A model generated the notes under the pieces. That model saw nothing but the letters and a program-made list of their open reading frames with translations. It had not been told where the DNA came from and searched no databases. The position numbers were made by a program, and so were the translations under genes. From the human T2T-CHM13v2.0 reference genome, Homo sapiens, in the NCBI RefSeq assembly GCF_009914755.1, contig NC_060927.1: 64,000 nt of DNA, one strand, 5' to 3'. This document shows, piece by piece, positions 16,369-28,151 of this stretch. Position 1 is the stretch's first letter, and each line of letters starts with the position of its first letter.

Positions 16369-16763
16369 TGCCATTCCGCCGGCGACTGGGACTCGTCGCC
16401 CGGGAAACAAAGATGGGGATTTAAAGAAAAGCCTTCAAAATGCAACTCCGAATGTCTACCCTGAGCAGCATGCGTGTAAAAATTCATGAAGATTAGATTT
16501 CATTTCATGTATTTTTACTTCAGTGGAAAGAAATGCAGGTGATTTTCTGACTGCGCCTACAGCTGTCTTTACAAAGGGGGTGCCTAGTTAAACGAGAGGG
16601 GGGGCTTGCTGATGCCCTGCGGTGCTTTGAGGGGCGGGGCCTCCCTCTCTGGTGCTGGGGACAGCTCCTATTTTGCTGGGTGGCATTCTCTGCAATGCTC
16701 CAGGATGTATTGATTAATTATATTGCATATCGAAAAGGTATGGGGGTCTCCAGCAGGACTAAG

Positions 16764-16995
16764 CGAGGCAGCCAGCGCGGGGTCCAGTGAGTGACATGCG
16801 TCATCGAAGGCACTTATTGTTTTGATGAAACAAACACATTTCTTTAAGCCCATAAAATCAGAAGTGTGCAAGACGGCTGTTTTCAGGGTGTAAAACTCCC
16901 TTTGTTTCCCTGTGGTGGTGCATAGCTGTTATGCCTCCGGGGCCTTTGTGCATTTTTCAGGTGTGAGTGACACGAGGCTGGCTGGGTGGCCTCGG
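16764..16995 (+). repeat. Direct repeat copy B, inside the KY 3'UTR
   Basis: Same alignment as copy A, offset ~3349 bp. Confidence 0.95.
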
Positions 16996-17635
16996 TGGCA
17001 GAGACTGCGGAGGGCGCAGGACCTGCCCAGGACAGTTCAGCCCCCCAGGGGAGACACCCCTTTTGCTCGAGGCCGCCGGCCTGTTGGATGATGGGCACCC
17101 TTGTGAGCTGGTTCTGGGCTAGGCCACCGTGCTGGGTGGCAGTGGGGACTTTTAGGGGAGGGATCCCGGGGGATAATGAACAGAAGTGTCTGGAGCCTGG
17201 ATCTTCAGTCAGGCCTGGGCAGGGAAGGCTGCTGCTGCCTGGCAGTTTCCTCACCCTGTGCTCTGGATGGCAGGGGCCGGGCCCCCTTGGTTCACCTCTG
17301 TAGCCCAAGCATCTGGTACTTACCAAGGCACTCTGTGAGCATTTGTTGGATACAGGGATGTGAGGGTGAGTGCCACGGAGGAAGCTATGAGGGTCCCAGC
17401 TGGCCCTGGCTGTGGTTGAGCCTGGAGGCCTGTGGAGGGGCTGTGGGGAGAGGTGCCAGGCAGTGCTGGCTCTCAGGGGTTGGGGGGCACTGAGACAGCC
17501 AGGGGCCACGGAGCTGGAGAAGCCGGGAGTTCAGCAGGGAGCATGTCTGTGTGCCAGGATGGTTCTGCAGTGGCCATGTGGGGCCTCTCTCGCCTTTCCC
17601 TCTTATCTGCCCTCGCTGAAGTCAGCCTTTCCTCC

Positions 17636-17649
17636 GTTGCCATGGCAAC
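17636..17649. promoter_or_regulatory. Perfect RFX X-box GTTGCCATGGCAAC
   Basis: Exact palindromic consensus within the 18-bp palindrome CCGTTGCCATGGCAACGG (17634-17651). Confidence 0.65.
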
Positions 17650-18926
17650 GGCAGCCTGAGGCGCTGCTGAGGGCCAGCTGGGCAGCTGAGGCCTCTCAGT
17701 CTGTGCCTGAGCAAGCAAGGAGCCCTGAGCTGTCCCCATGCAAGGTGAGACTGGAGGGGGCTGTCTTCTCAGAGAAGGGAGGAAAGGAGACGGGATAGGA
17801 TGTTTTCTCCGAGACAGGCACAAAAGCTGCTCTCGTGCAGCTGGAATTCTTCCCAGCCCTGGCTTTGCTGGTAGAGACACTGGGGGCAGGCAGAGCCCTG
17901 TTAAAGTGTGAGTCTCCTCGGCATTGCCGCACTGCACTACTCACCTGATCTGCGCCCAGGTCCTTATTCAGGGCTATCCACAAGACTCCCCAAGGGCCTG
18001 GCCAGCCTCTGGAGGCTCTCTGTGGAGGCGGGGCAGGGGCCTGAGGCCCAGGCTCTGTGAGGGCCTGGAGGGCACTCCAGGCCTTAGACTGAACTACCTG
18101 CCCTGTGTACTCCTCTCAGAGCAGAGCTGGAGGTCTTACACCCTCAGACCAAGGCTGCAGCTCTGCCGACAGTGACCCTCCCACCTGCACAGCCACAGCG
18201 GGCATGGGCTGCTCTTTGCTTTGCAGTCTCCTCACAACTTTCTGGTTGTCACATTCCTGACTATACTTAGGGATGTTGGAGACGATCAGCTTCCAGCCAG
18301 TTGTGGGTCAGCTAGCTTCCTCACCACACCCTTTTTCTTGGGCTCTTGAAGAACAAGAAGTAGCTAATGAAGAGGCAGCAGGATGCAGAAGATGATCAGG
18401 TCTGGGAGGAGAAGATAGTCCAAGATTCCCTGGGGGCTCGGAGCTGTCGAGAGGCACGGTGATATTGCTTGAAAGGGGCTCTGTGATTCAAGGACAACCC
18501 AGCCTTGCAAATCATGTCCCCTTGGGCATGGAAGAGAATTCTCTAAGCATCATGTGAAAAGCTGTCAACCTGGGCAATATCCCTGCTTTCCCTCATCAAC
18601 CCTACAGCAACAACAACAACAGCAGCACTAATACGAGAAGGGGCATCTGGATGCAGGTGTACAGTTTAAAATACCTTAGATTTACATAGCACCTTTTCCT
18701 TCTAAAGAGCCACTGCCTCTGCCCCCTCAGTCACAGCCACACCTGAGTGAAGCCTTCAGAACACAAAGATCACAGCTCCTGTGGCAGAGGTGGGACACTG
18801 AGGCAGAGGCCTAGAAGGGATTTCATGCAGACTCAGTGGTGTCCAGGGCTCCCTGCACTTCCTTCGAGCCCTCCCTGGGGAGGTCTGGCCTTGGCCCTTT
18901 GGGAGGGTAAGACCGGGGCACAGCCC

Positions 18927-19822
18927 TCACTGGGCATTCACTTTGTATTTCAGGATGTAGGAGTAGAAATTGTGGTTGGCATTCTCCAGCACCATGACAT
19001 AGACTTCCTGGCAGCCAGCTGTGCTGCAGCTTCCCTCCCAGTAGCCCTCGTGGTTCAGGGTCAGGGGCCATGTGTCCTGCCCCTTCACCAGGACTTTGGC
19101 AATACCATGCAGCTTCAATTTGAATGGGACATTCCGGTTGGCAGGAAGCACACCTGACAGAGGTTCCAGCAGCTCATTGTCCTGTCCCCAGTTGCCAAAG
19201 CTCTCAGGGAACATGGGCCAGTTCACCTTGGTGTTGGCACAGCATACGAGGTAATTAAAGACGAAGATGTAGTTTCCTGGTTCCTGCCTCTTCTTGACAA
19301 AGATCTTGAGGGCAAACTTGCCTGCATGGGGCAGCTGGACTTTCAGCTCGGTCTGCTTCTCCCGGTGCAGCTGGAAGATGTAGCGCCGCTGTGTCTCCTC
19401 AGTGATGGGGCCATCATCCCCGTGGAGGGAAGCCAGGACATTAATGCCCTCCTCCACGCTGAAGCTGATGGAGCAGCGCCCGTCGCTGGTGTGGATGATA
19501 GGGTCAGGGTGGGAGGGCTTCATGATGCCCATCTGCTCCGAGAACCAGCTGGGGCCCACGGGCTGGTGAAGCTCAGCAGGCAGCTGGACACCCATGTCCA
19601 CATAATTGCACTTGAGCGTGTACTCCAGCACTGAGCTGTAGATGTCGGAGTTGCCCTTGGCGAAGATCTGCAGCTTGTGAGTGCCCATGGTTGGAGGGTA
19701 CACCTCCAACTTCATCCCATTCTTCCTTAGGCTCAGCAGCCCATGCTCTTGCTTGCCATTGAGCATGAACATGAACAGCGTCGGGGCGCAGCTCTCAATG
19801 GTGACCGTGGCCTTCCCATTCA
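18927..19822 (-). CDS. KY: KY last coding exon (VNGKATVTIES...YKVNAQ-stop); C-terminal repeated beta-sandwich-like domains
   Basis: tttctctcctcag|TGAATGGG acceptor; 298-codon ORF ending TGA at 18927-18929. The ten exons sum to 1850 nt, leaving 136 nt (45 codons + 1) for exon 1 of the recalled 661-aa protein, consistent with phase 1. Confidence 0.97.
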
Positions 19823-19865
19823 CTGAGGAGAGAAAGTCAGGGTCAGCAGAGATGGGTCCAGCACG

Positions 19866-20031
19866 TGCTGATGTGCTGGTAAATGTTTAACAACTGTCTC
19901 CCTGGGAGAAAAACGTCCTGACTTATAGAGCTTGTCTATTTCCACGGTGTTAATACTTTCACCACAGTCCATTTCAAGCAACCAATATGACTTCACTGAG
20001 CATGGCATCAGCCAGCGGCAGCACACCACTG
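19866..20031. mobile_element. MER63-like hAT-Blackjack remnant
   Basis: Ends gctgatgtgctggtaaatgtttaacaac ... cagcacaccactg resemble MER63 terminal inverted repeats. Confidence 0.55.
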
Positions 20032-20899
20032 GAAGGGTTCCCTGCTCCCTTCAGGTGGTTTTCTTTGAGAGAAATGAAAGCTAAGGGGCCTCTAGAAAAA
20101 TTTATCCCAAGCTGTATGTGTGCATCCTGCCCAATTGATTCACATTAGATGAAGGTTGCCTGTGTCCAGAGAGGGTCATGGGTCAGGAGGGGCACCATCT
20201 CCCCCAAGTCTCAGGTCTAGCTTGCACCTTGCTCCCTGTAGCATCTGTCTAAGTGTCAATGCTGTCATGTCAACGCATTGTCCTTAAAACTAGTGAGAAT
20301 GGCTTCACTCCCTGAGACTGTGCACAGGAGGTTGGGGTGGGGCAGTTCCCTGATCCCCACCTCCCCCACCCCATGCTTCTCACATAGGTGTATCTTAGCC
20401 ATGTTTCAGGAATGGGTCCTGAAGAGTCAGTGTGTGCACAGGAGGGTCTTTTGCAACCCCCACACTGCCACCCCCCATCTCTCCCCTTGCTCTGAAGTTT
20501 CATCTTCGTCTGTCCTGGTCATTGATTTTCAGGGACAGGTGGTCAGTTCTCCAGTCTTTGTAGCCCATGAGGACCCACCTGCCTGGTCCCTCCTGGCTTC
20601 CAGGGCCACAGGGAGGGACCGTGGCTTCTCTTAGAGCCTGGTCTTAATTCTCTCAGAAGCTGGTCATCTGCTCCCAGCCCCAGCAACCTCCCCAGCCCCG
20701 TTCACAGTTGAGTGCAAAGGAAGGAGAGAGGCTGTCTGATCCATGTCCCTAGGAACTTTCCCCTAGCTTGGACTCTTGGTAGGGGAGGCAGAACACTGTG
20801 CCTGGGCTCTAGGACAAAGGCCTTAATAGACTTCTCATTGAATCTGCATTCCATGCCAACTCCCACCTCAGGAATGGGAGAAGACCACATGGGCCAGCA

Positions 20900-22090
20900 T
20901 GATGGGGAGGCTGCTTAGACAGCCCCTCTACCTTCTTCGTGGCTGTCCCAGCTCAAAAGCTGTCCCAACCCTGTCACATACTGCCCACTCCGCACCTGCC
21001 CTACACTCCCACACATCCCCCCACTGCCTCCATTTCCCCTCTGCCGGTCAGCTCTCTGGCACTGCAGTGACTTCCCTCTGCCCCCACCCTCCAGTGACTT
21101 CCTAATAACGAGGCCTCTCAGACCTTGGAGGACCTAGGCTGCTGGCCTCCACGCCTTCCTCTGAGTACTCTCCCCTCTTTGCGACCCCCACTCTTTGAGG
21201 ACTGGCCCTCATCCCACTCTCTGAGCACTGCTTAACTCCAATGCCATTGCTTCCCCTTCTGTTACACTGAAATTGTGTGACTCTTGGTGCTTTCATGCTA
21301 TTTTATTTGTCTACATGCTTTCTCTACTGCCTTCAGCCACTGCATGCCACATCTGTCCCATGGTAACCTCCAAAGGAAAGTGACCAAGATCAATAGAGTT
21401 GCTATCCCCTCTTGGTGAAAACCCTCCTCTCCCCTCACTTCTGAACCAGCTCAGTGGGCAGAAGCTACCTCAGCTCCTCACTGCTCACGGCCCCTGGTCC
21501 TGTTCCATCTCACAACTGGCTGTGAGTCTTTTCTGCACAGTGAAGCCCAGATCCCCCTGAGATTCACCTTTGATTGTGGAGCACCACCCAGCACCCCACA
21601 CAGCAGCCCCAGGGCTCCTTTGAAAACGTCCACCTGGCTACTCCTGGGCTCACGGCAGAGCCCTCAAGCTGGAGACCCGTGGAGAAGCCTGTCTCTTCCT
21701 GCCTCGCCAGTATCAAGCACTCTCTCAGATCCTCCAAGGCCACAACCCTTCATGCCTCAGGGTCCTCCTACCCTCTCCTCCCTCCCCACCACTTCCCCCA
21801 AACCTGGATAAGGCTTCATGGTAATGTCCCCGTGGCAAAGCAGCCCACCCGGACCCCTCAGCTGAGGCTGAGTTCCCTGGCAGCTTCTCTCCTAGCCCTG
21901 GCTGTCCTTCAGGGAACGTTCCACTGCTGTAATTCATCATGTGATCATTTTTGTGTAGTGTCCGAACTCCTTGCTGGCCTGTGGGCTCTGTGGTGAAGGG
22001 GCTAGCCTGTTTCATTTCCTGCCACGTCTTAGTGCCTGGTTGTGGTGCCTCACCCAGAGGGTTCTTGCCAAAGGTGTGTTGAATGACTGG
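20900..22090 (+). mobile_element. Degenerate L2 fragments
   Basis: Pyrimidine-rich L2-like motifs ending gtgtgttgaatga. Confidence 0.45.
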
Positions 22091-23996
22091 GAAGACTTGA
22101 AATAAAGGACTAGCCACCCCTGCAGACCTCTATGGGAGTCCACGGCTCTTCCAGTCCCCTCTGCCTCCTCCTCCTCCCCTCTCCCCTCCACGGCACTCTC
22201 CTAGAGCCTGGCAGCTTTCCAGCCCCTTATCTAGGTGCCCTCTTCCTTCCCTTCCTTTCTGCTCATCTCAGTTTCCCTATTTTGTTTCCTTCCCCTCCCC
22301 TCTCTTAACAGAACTAGCTACCACAAAGAAATACTCTGTACATAAGTATCAGATATATGGAATCATATTTAGGTTTAGATTTCTATAAATTAAGGAATCT
22401 GGTGTTTATATTTTTATGTCTCTTAAAAAGGCAAACTCCACTCAATGACATCAGTTTGGTGTTGCTTTGACCTGGTCAGTTCTTTCCGATATTTCCACGG
22501 CCTATGATACATTGAACAAGCCCTGCATCTGTTGTAAGCACAGGAAATGGATTCTCAAATTGAGCAACTTCACGCTGTTATTTTAGCTGCAGGAGCTGCC
22601 AGGTATTTGGAGTTGGAAGAGTTTGCAAGAGCTCAGCAACTTGGCAAAGGAAGCCATTGTGTGGTGGAAGGGACAAGTCAGTTGGAACTAACTTGGGGAC
22701 ACCTGTGCTCCCCGCTGCCCCATTGCCCTGCAATGTGGGTTGGAGCTCCCCAGGGGCTCTGGGCCCACCCACAGGCACCCTGTGCTAATAGTCAGTGTGA
22801 GCTCAGACCTCCTGTCCTGGGCGGATGGAGGCCCCAGTGGCAGAGACGGTGCCACCAGGCAGTCCTTTGCTGAGGTGTGGGAGGCTGGACTGACCCGACT
22901 TACAGGGCTGTGCAGCGTGCCCAGGCTGTGTGCCCAGCACTGGATCAGGTGCCAAGGCCTTGGAGAGGCATAAGAGACAATCTTCCAGAGAAGGCCCTGC
23001 TTTTTTGTGACCAGTTCTGGCCCTCCAGGGCAGCCCCCGTATGCCTCAGAGTGTGCAAACATACTCAGCTGCCATGGCTCCGTGGTGAAGGTTGGGAGAG
23101 CACATGTCAGCCCAGGCCAGCCATGGGAGATGGCTAAGCTGGGTATCCTATACTGCCCCAGGGGAGTGGGCTGGAAACGGCTGGGTCCCACCTCCAGAAG
23201 GGAGGGGTACTGAGCCAGCCAGGCAGAGGTGCTGGAGCTTGGCCCTCATCCAGGGGTGCCTGAGTTTGGAGGCTGGGGGCTTACTGTGTCCCCGCCTCTC
23301 CTCTGCTGCCTAGAACATGTCCATCTCTGTCTAGCTACTAGGCCTGTTCTCCTCTCCCAAGACCCAGCTCAGTGGCCACCTCCCTAAGGAAGTCTGCCCC
23401 AACTCTCTGTCTTGGGTGGGACTGCCCCCACCTGTCCTGGGAGACCCATGTTGCTCCCCATCCTTGCTGGTTGGACCACCAACACCCAGATTCCAGCTCT
23501 GCTGAGGCCATGTATTCTCTCCAGCAGGAGTTGGGGAAGAGAACACAGCAGGCCAGTAGCTTCTGTTGGGGACCTGAGCCCAGAGGCTATGTGTAGCCAG
23601 GGTGACGTAGTCCTTTTCCCTGCTATGTGAACTGAGAGAGACTCACCCAGCTAGGAAGTGCCCAGCCCTGGCTTCTGTGACATGCCAGGCTGTGTGTTCA
23701 GCCTTCAAGTTCTAGGAAACCTGCAGCCTTCAGACACATCCCTTTCTGGGTTTATGCTAGTGTGAGTGAGCTTTTGTCCCTGCTGATGTGGCCTATGGCC
23801 CTTCCCTGCCCTGATGGCCTGGGCTGCCTCAGCAGCCTCCACTCATCCACATGCACACACAAGCTTTGTGCTAAGCTCACAAGCCATGCGTCTGGAAGGG
23901 CATGCCTTGAAAGCGCAGTCTCAGGCGGGCTCCTGGAGGACAGTGCGAAATGCTCCATTCCTGCTGCTAGCACACTGGCACCTGCTCCGGGCTCAC

Positions 23997-24187
23997 CTGT
24001 TCTGATCATGGAAGTCTCTGGGTGGGCACTCAGCATCCCTTTGTTGTAGAATTCACTCTTGTGATACATGTTGTTCTCAAACTGCCTCAGAGATTGAGGA
24101 GGTTTTAGCAGCTGCCAGTTCTTGTTGTCTGGGAAGTGGTCCTCGATGAACAGTGCAGGGTGGGTGAGGAAGTAGAACTCATTGTAG
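23997..24187 (-). CDS. KY: KY coding exon 10 (191 nt; YNEFYFLTHPALFIEDHFP...SAHPETSMIRT)
   Basis: ctgctccag|CTACAATGAG...AGAACAG|gtgagc; phase 2 to 1. Confidence 0.96.
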
Positions 24188-25542
24188 CTGGAGCAGAGAC
24201 AAGCTGGTTAGCAGCCAGCTCCATGCAGGGGAGGCAGGGGCCCAATACACCCACCGGAGTGGTCCTATGGACACCCTGGATGGGAAGAGGCACCATCTCC
24301 GACCCTAACATGGGCACTGGAGACTCCTCCTCAGTGGATGCTTCCAGAAATTGTAGTCAAGGCAGGGTCTGAGGTCCCTTCTAAGGGAAGGCCACAGCCT
24401 GCAACTGTGGTCTGCACTCAGTGCCCTAGGCTGTCGAGGGGAAAACTGACTGCCTCATGCTCAAAGACAATCAGAAGTTCAAAGGGGGGAAAGGCATAGC
24501 CTGTGGACCACGCAGTGGGGTCGTGGGAAGGCAGGGAGACAGAGTGCTTGAATTCACTGCCTCCATCTACCCCAACCTGTTTCTGTGCTGTGCAGCTGTG
24601 CTGGCGGGGACCTTTTGTGGCTCTCCAGGGCCGACTGGAGTGCTGCCTCTCTGGATGTCAGTAATGGGGATCAAGAGAAGAACAGAGAGGCCCTTCCTGA
24701 GATGGGGGTGGCTTTGCTCTGCCTAAGAGGAGCAGTGTTGAGAATAACAGAGGTAAAGAGGGTATCTGTGAGTACGCGAGCCCTGCGTGTAGGATGTGTG
24801 TGCACATGGCTTGTATTTGTCCCATGTGTGGGAGTGTCGAGATTTAAGGTGCAAAAATCGAGAGAGTACACTCATGTTTCTGAATAAAAAGGAATCTGAG
24901 CTGCTGATAACATCATGATCCATGAAGAATATTGTATGTAGCCTCAGGTTAAGGCCAGGATTGGCCAGAGCCCCAGAGGACAGAAATGCTCCAGTCCTCT
25001 GCACCCCGGCTGCCCTGCCCCACTGTGCCTCACAGTGACCCTGCACCGCCAATAGCACCCCTTCCCCAAAAACCACAGCCCTTTCCTCAGAAATGTGATA
25101 CGGTCTCACTCAGACCTGAGAGGAGAAGGAGCCTGGTGTCTGGGCAAAGCAGTAAGAGATCATTCTGGCATTTGTGCCTGGTAATGTGGTCAATGGCCAA
25201 AGTCTGGAAGGGAACCTGCCAACAACTAAAGAAGGCTATTAGCCCGCCTTTCCTCATGTGTGGTCTGGGGGCAAATGCTGCAGGCTTTCAGTGCTTTGGT
25301 GGAGGGAGTTATAGGGAGTCAGAGTGGGGAGTTTGTCAGTGGAGGGTGAGGTGACAAAAGGGTCTGGGCTCTCACAATTGGCCTGGAGCCAGCCCACTTC
25401 AGAGCCGAGGAGGAGTGGGCATGGGGCCTCCTGGCTCTCCTTCCCCTCCCGCTTGGTCTTCTCCACCTGCTGCTTCATGCTGCCTGGCACATCCTCCACT
25501 TCCACCTGCCAGACGCCCAGCAGAACTGAGACAAGTACTTAC

Positions 25543-25731
25543 AGGAAGGTGAATTTGGAGGTGATGGTGTCCACCAGGCCGCTGCCCCAGGTGCTGTCCA
25601 CCAGGTGCCATCTTCCCTCCAGGTACACAGCATTCCAGGCATGGTCAAACTCCCCCGAGAAGCTCTGCCCTGTCTGGTAGCCGAAACCCTTGGAGTAGCC
25701 AGGCACGGTCATACACTGCACTCCGGCGAGC
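25543..25731 (-). CDS. KY: KY coding exon 9 (189 nt; LAGVQCMTVPGYSKG...DHAWNAVYLEGRWHLVDSTWGSG...FTF), contains the triad His and Asp
   Basis: tgcccccag|GCTCGCC...TTCCT|gtaagt; HAWNAV...LVDSTW is the transglutaminase-like core motif. Confidence 0.97.
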
Positions 25732-26849
25732 CTGGGGGCAGGACAGGGGGTCTGAGAGGGGGATCCCGCTGTGGCTTGCCTCCAAGTCTGTCCATGGTCT
25801 CAGGTTTCAGGCATGTTTGCTGCCCATCAGTCCTCCCTGTCTATCCTTTTCCTTGCTTCTTGTACTCACATATAAACAGCCTTGATGGCTTTTATCTCGG
25901 GGCACTGGGGACAGGGAGATACAGTGCTGGCTGGTCCTGTTGGTACAGACTGGCTGCAGTCTCCGCTGTCTGCTCCTCCCCTGAGACCAACACCATTCAG
26001 ATCACTTCTGAAATGTTCATCCCTAGAGCCTGCTTGACACGCTCCTCAAGCAGCTCTTCAGGAGGAAAAAATGGGGGCAAGCGTGAGGCTGGCTTCAAGA
26101 AAATAGGAGCAGGGGAAATGACAATGTTCCTGCAACAAAACCTACATGTAAGGGGCGAGCACAGCTGCTGGGAGAACCAGGGCGCTTCTGGACATGCGAC
26201 TGAAGAGATGGGTCTCGTGACATGGGTGAGGTGTTGTGGGGTTGCTGGTTGTGAGGGTACAGAAGCCAAGCCCTACCCCCCTGCTATTCCTCCCAAGGAT
26301 GCCTGCAGGGGAACCCCGGGGCAGGCAGTGGATGTCTCCAGCCCTGGCCCAGGGAGGACTGGCCAGCTGCCAGTTTGCTCAGGTCTGACTGGTGGGTCTG
26401 TCCTTTGTGAACATGGTGCAAGAGCCATCATGGTGCATTAAGGTCATTTGCTGACTGCCTGCCCTGGCCACAATTCTGGAGTCTCCTGTGGCTGTCCTGA
26501 GGGGAATGGAAATGCCGACCAGTCAACCTGAGTTTTGGGGTCCTTTTGACATTGTGCTCCTTCACTGCTCATAGTAGAGCTGGCACTGTTTTCTGGGAAC
26601 CTGGATGGGAAGATGGGCATGGGTCACCTCTGGGGAAGATATAAAATGAGACATTTGGAGCTAAAACCCTGAGGCCCAGGCCTGGGCTGTGGGCACCAGT
26701 CCAAGGCCAAAGCAAGACGCCTGGGTGTCCTTTCATGGCCAGCTGGTCTTGCTCCTCAGCAGCCCTGCTCCCCTGAGGACAGCCAAGGGGATGGACTGTG
26801 CAGACAATTTCACTGCTAGTCTGACCTAGGGACATCCCATGCTAGCCCT

Positions 26850-27015
26850 CCTAGGGCCTTTGTGTAAATTAGAAAAGGTGCCCCTTCCTCAAGACATTTT
26901 CCTTGCACTCATGGAAAATTGGTGTAATAGATACACAACCTGTGAAACCGAGGATGTGCTTGATGCCCCTTTGATGGGGCTCCTTTGAGTACCACACAAG
27001 CTGCTCAGTCCCCAA
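26850..27015. mobile_element. MER91-like hAT-Tip100 remnant
   Basis: gtgtaaattagaaaaggtgcccctt motif. Confidence 0.45.
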
Positions 27016-28098
27016 CTCAGTGGTGACCCTGTGCTGTACTCAGCTGAGCTGAGTCTGCAGTCCAGGGTGTTGGTGGGGTCTGTTTCAGTGAGATGGGCCC
27101 ATGGGGCTGGGCCCTTCTACAGACCAGGGCTGCAGCCTCAGTTGCTCTAAACAAGAGGGCCACGGAGCCTCCCAGGGGAATGGGGTGAAATGGCCATGCA
27201 TCTACTATAGGAATCGGGGGAATCTTCCTTGTAAAAATGAACATGTAATTTAAAATTAGCAAAATATTGGATTAAATATTACTAATACATATCACTTGCT
27301 GAGAGAGTCATTGGGATCAAATGTGATGTCCTGAGGGTTAACAGATTCTACTTTCCCAGCCATCAGTGTTTCTTCACATGCATGCAATGATGAGGTGTTA
27401 CCATGTCTGCCTTAACCTCTGCTCACCTGTGGAAAGTCCGGGCCACTAGTGCTGAGGTTCCTTAGGGGCTTGGAAGTTTTCCAGCCCCCGCCCTTTTGCC
27501 TGTTGCTTCACAAAAGGAGGTTCAGGCCTCCTAAGCCCTCTAAGGAATCCCATGAGAACATACCAGCTTGGCTCTGTGGGATGGCTTCTGGGAGCACTTG
27601 AGGGCATGGGGACAGACTGCAAGAGAAACTAGATCCCAGTGTTGTGATTTTCTGCTGGCAAAGGCCATAAGCCACTCCAGGGCAGAAGGAGGCAGTAGCT
27701 GAGGAGACCGTGGAAGGAAGGGGAGAAGGGGCAGCCTGCATACCTGGAGTGCTCTCTCCTCATTTCTCTGCAGTGCAGAGAGCAGAAGGTGGTGGGGAGT
27801 GCTGAGGGGATGCAAGGCTGAGGGGGTTGTTCTCAGGATGAGGAAGTCTGGATGTGTTTATAGTCTGAGAGGAAACAGCTAGCAGAGAAGGACCAGAGGA
27901 AAGCAAGGCCAGAGGAGTGGGTAGAGGTGTAGGGGTGGGATAGACATTCTATAGGAGGTGGGGCCCCATCTTCTCAGAGACTGGGTGAGGAGAAGAAATG
28001 TTGTGAAAAATATTTAGTGAGCTAAGCAGTGCCCCTGACACGATGTGAACTGACAACAGCATGTCAATCTCTCCAGTCAGCACAATGTCACGCCGATG

Positions 28099-28099
<1 letters not shown>

Positions 28100-28150
<51 letters not shown>
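28100..28150. repeat. (TG)n microsatellite, ~25 units, KY intron 8
   Basis: Direct reading. Confidence 0.98.

Positions 28151-28151
<1 letters not shown>

Larger units (their letters stand above)
15260..18926 (-). other. KY: KY 3'UTR (~3.7 kb, 3' end approximate)
   Basis: Runs from the stop codon to the AATAAA at 15283-15288 (minus); the end point is inferred from the signal. Confidence 0.7.

Noticed and set aside
16883-17937. Several 100-208-aa ORFs in the KY 3'UTR
   Set aside because: Overlapping on both strands, Pro/Ser/Gly-rich and without recognisable homology; explained by high GC content.
25605-26441. 278-aa plus-strand ORF antisense to KY exon 9
   Set aside because: Non-ATG start, no recognisable domain, low-complexity composition; expected by chance in GC-rich DNA overlapping a coding exon.
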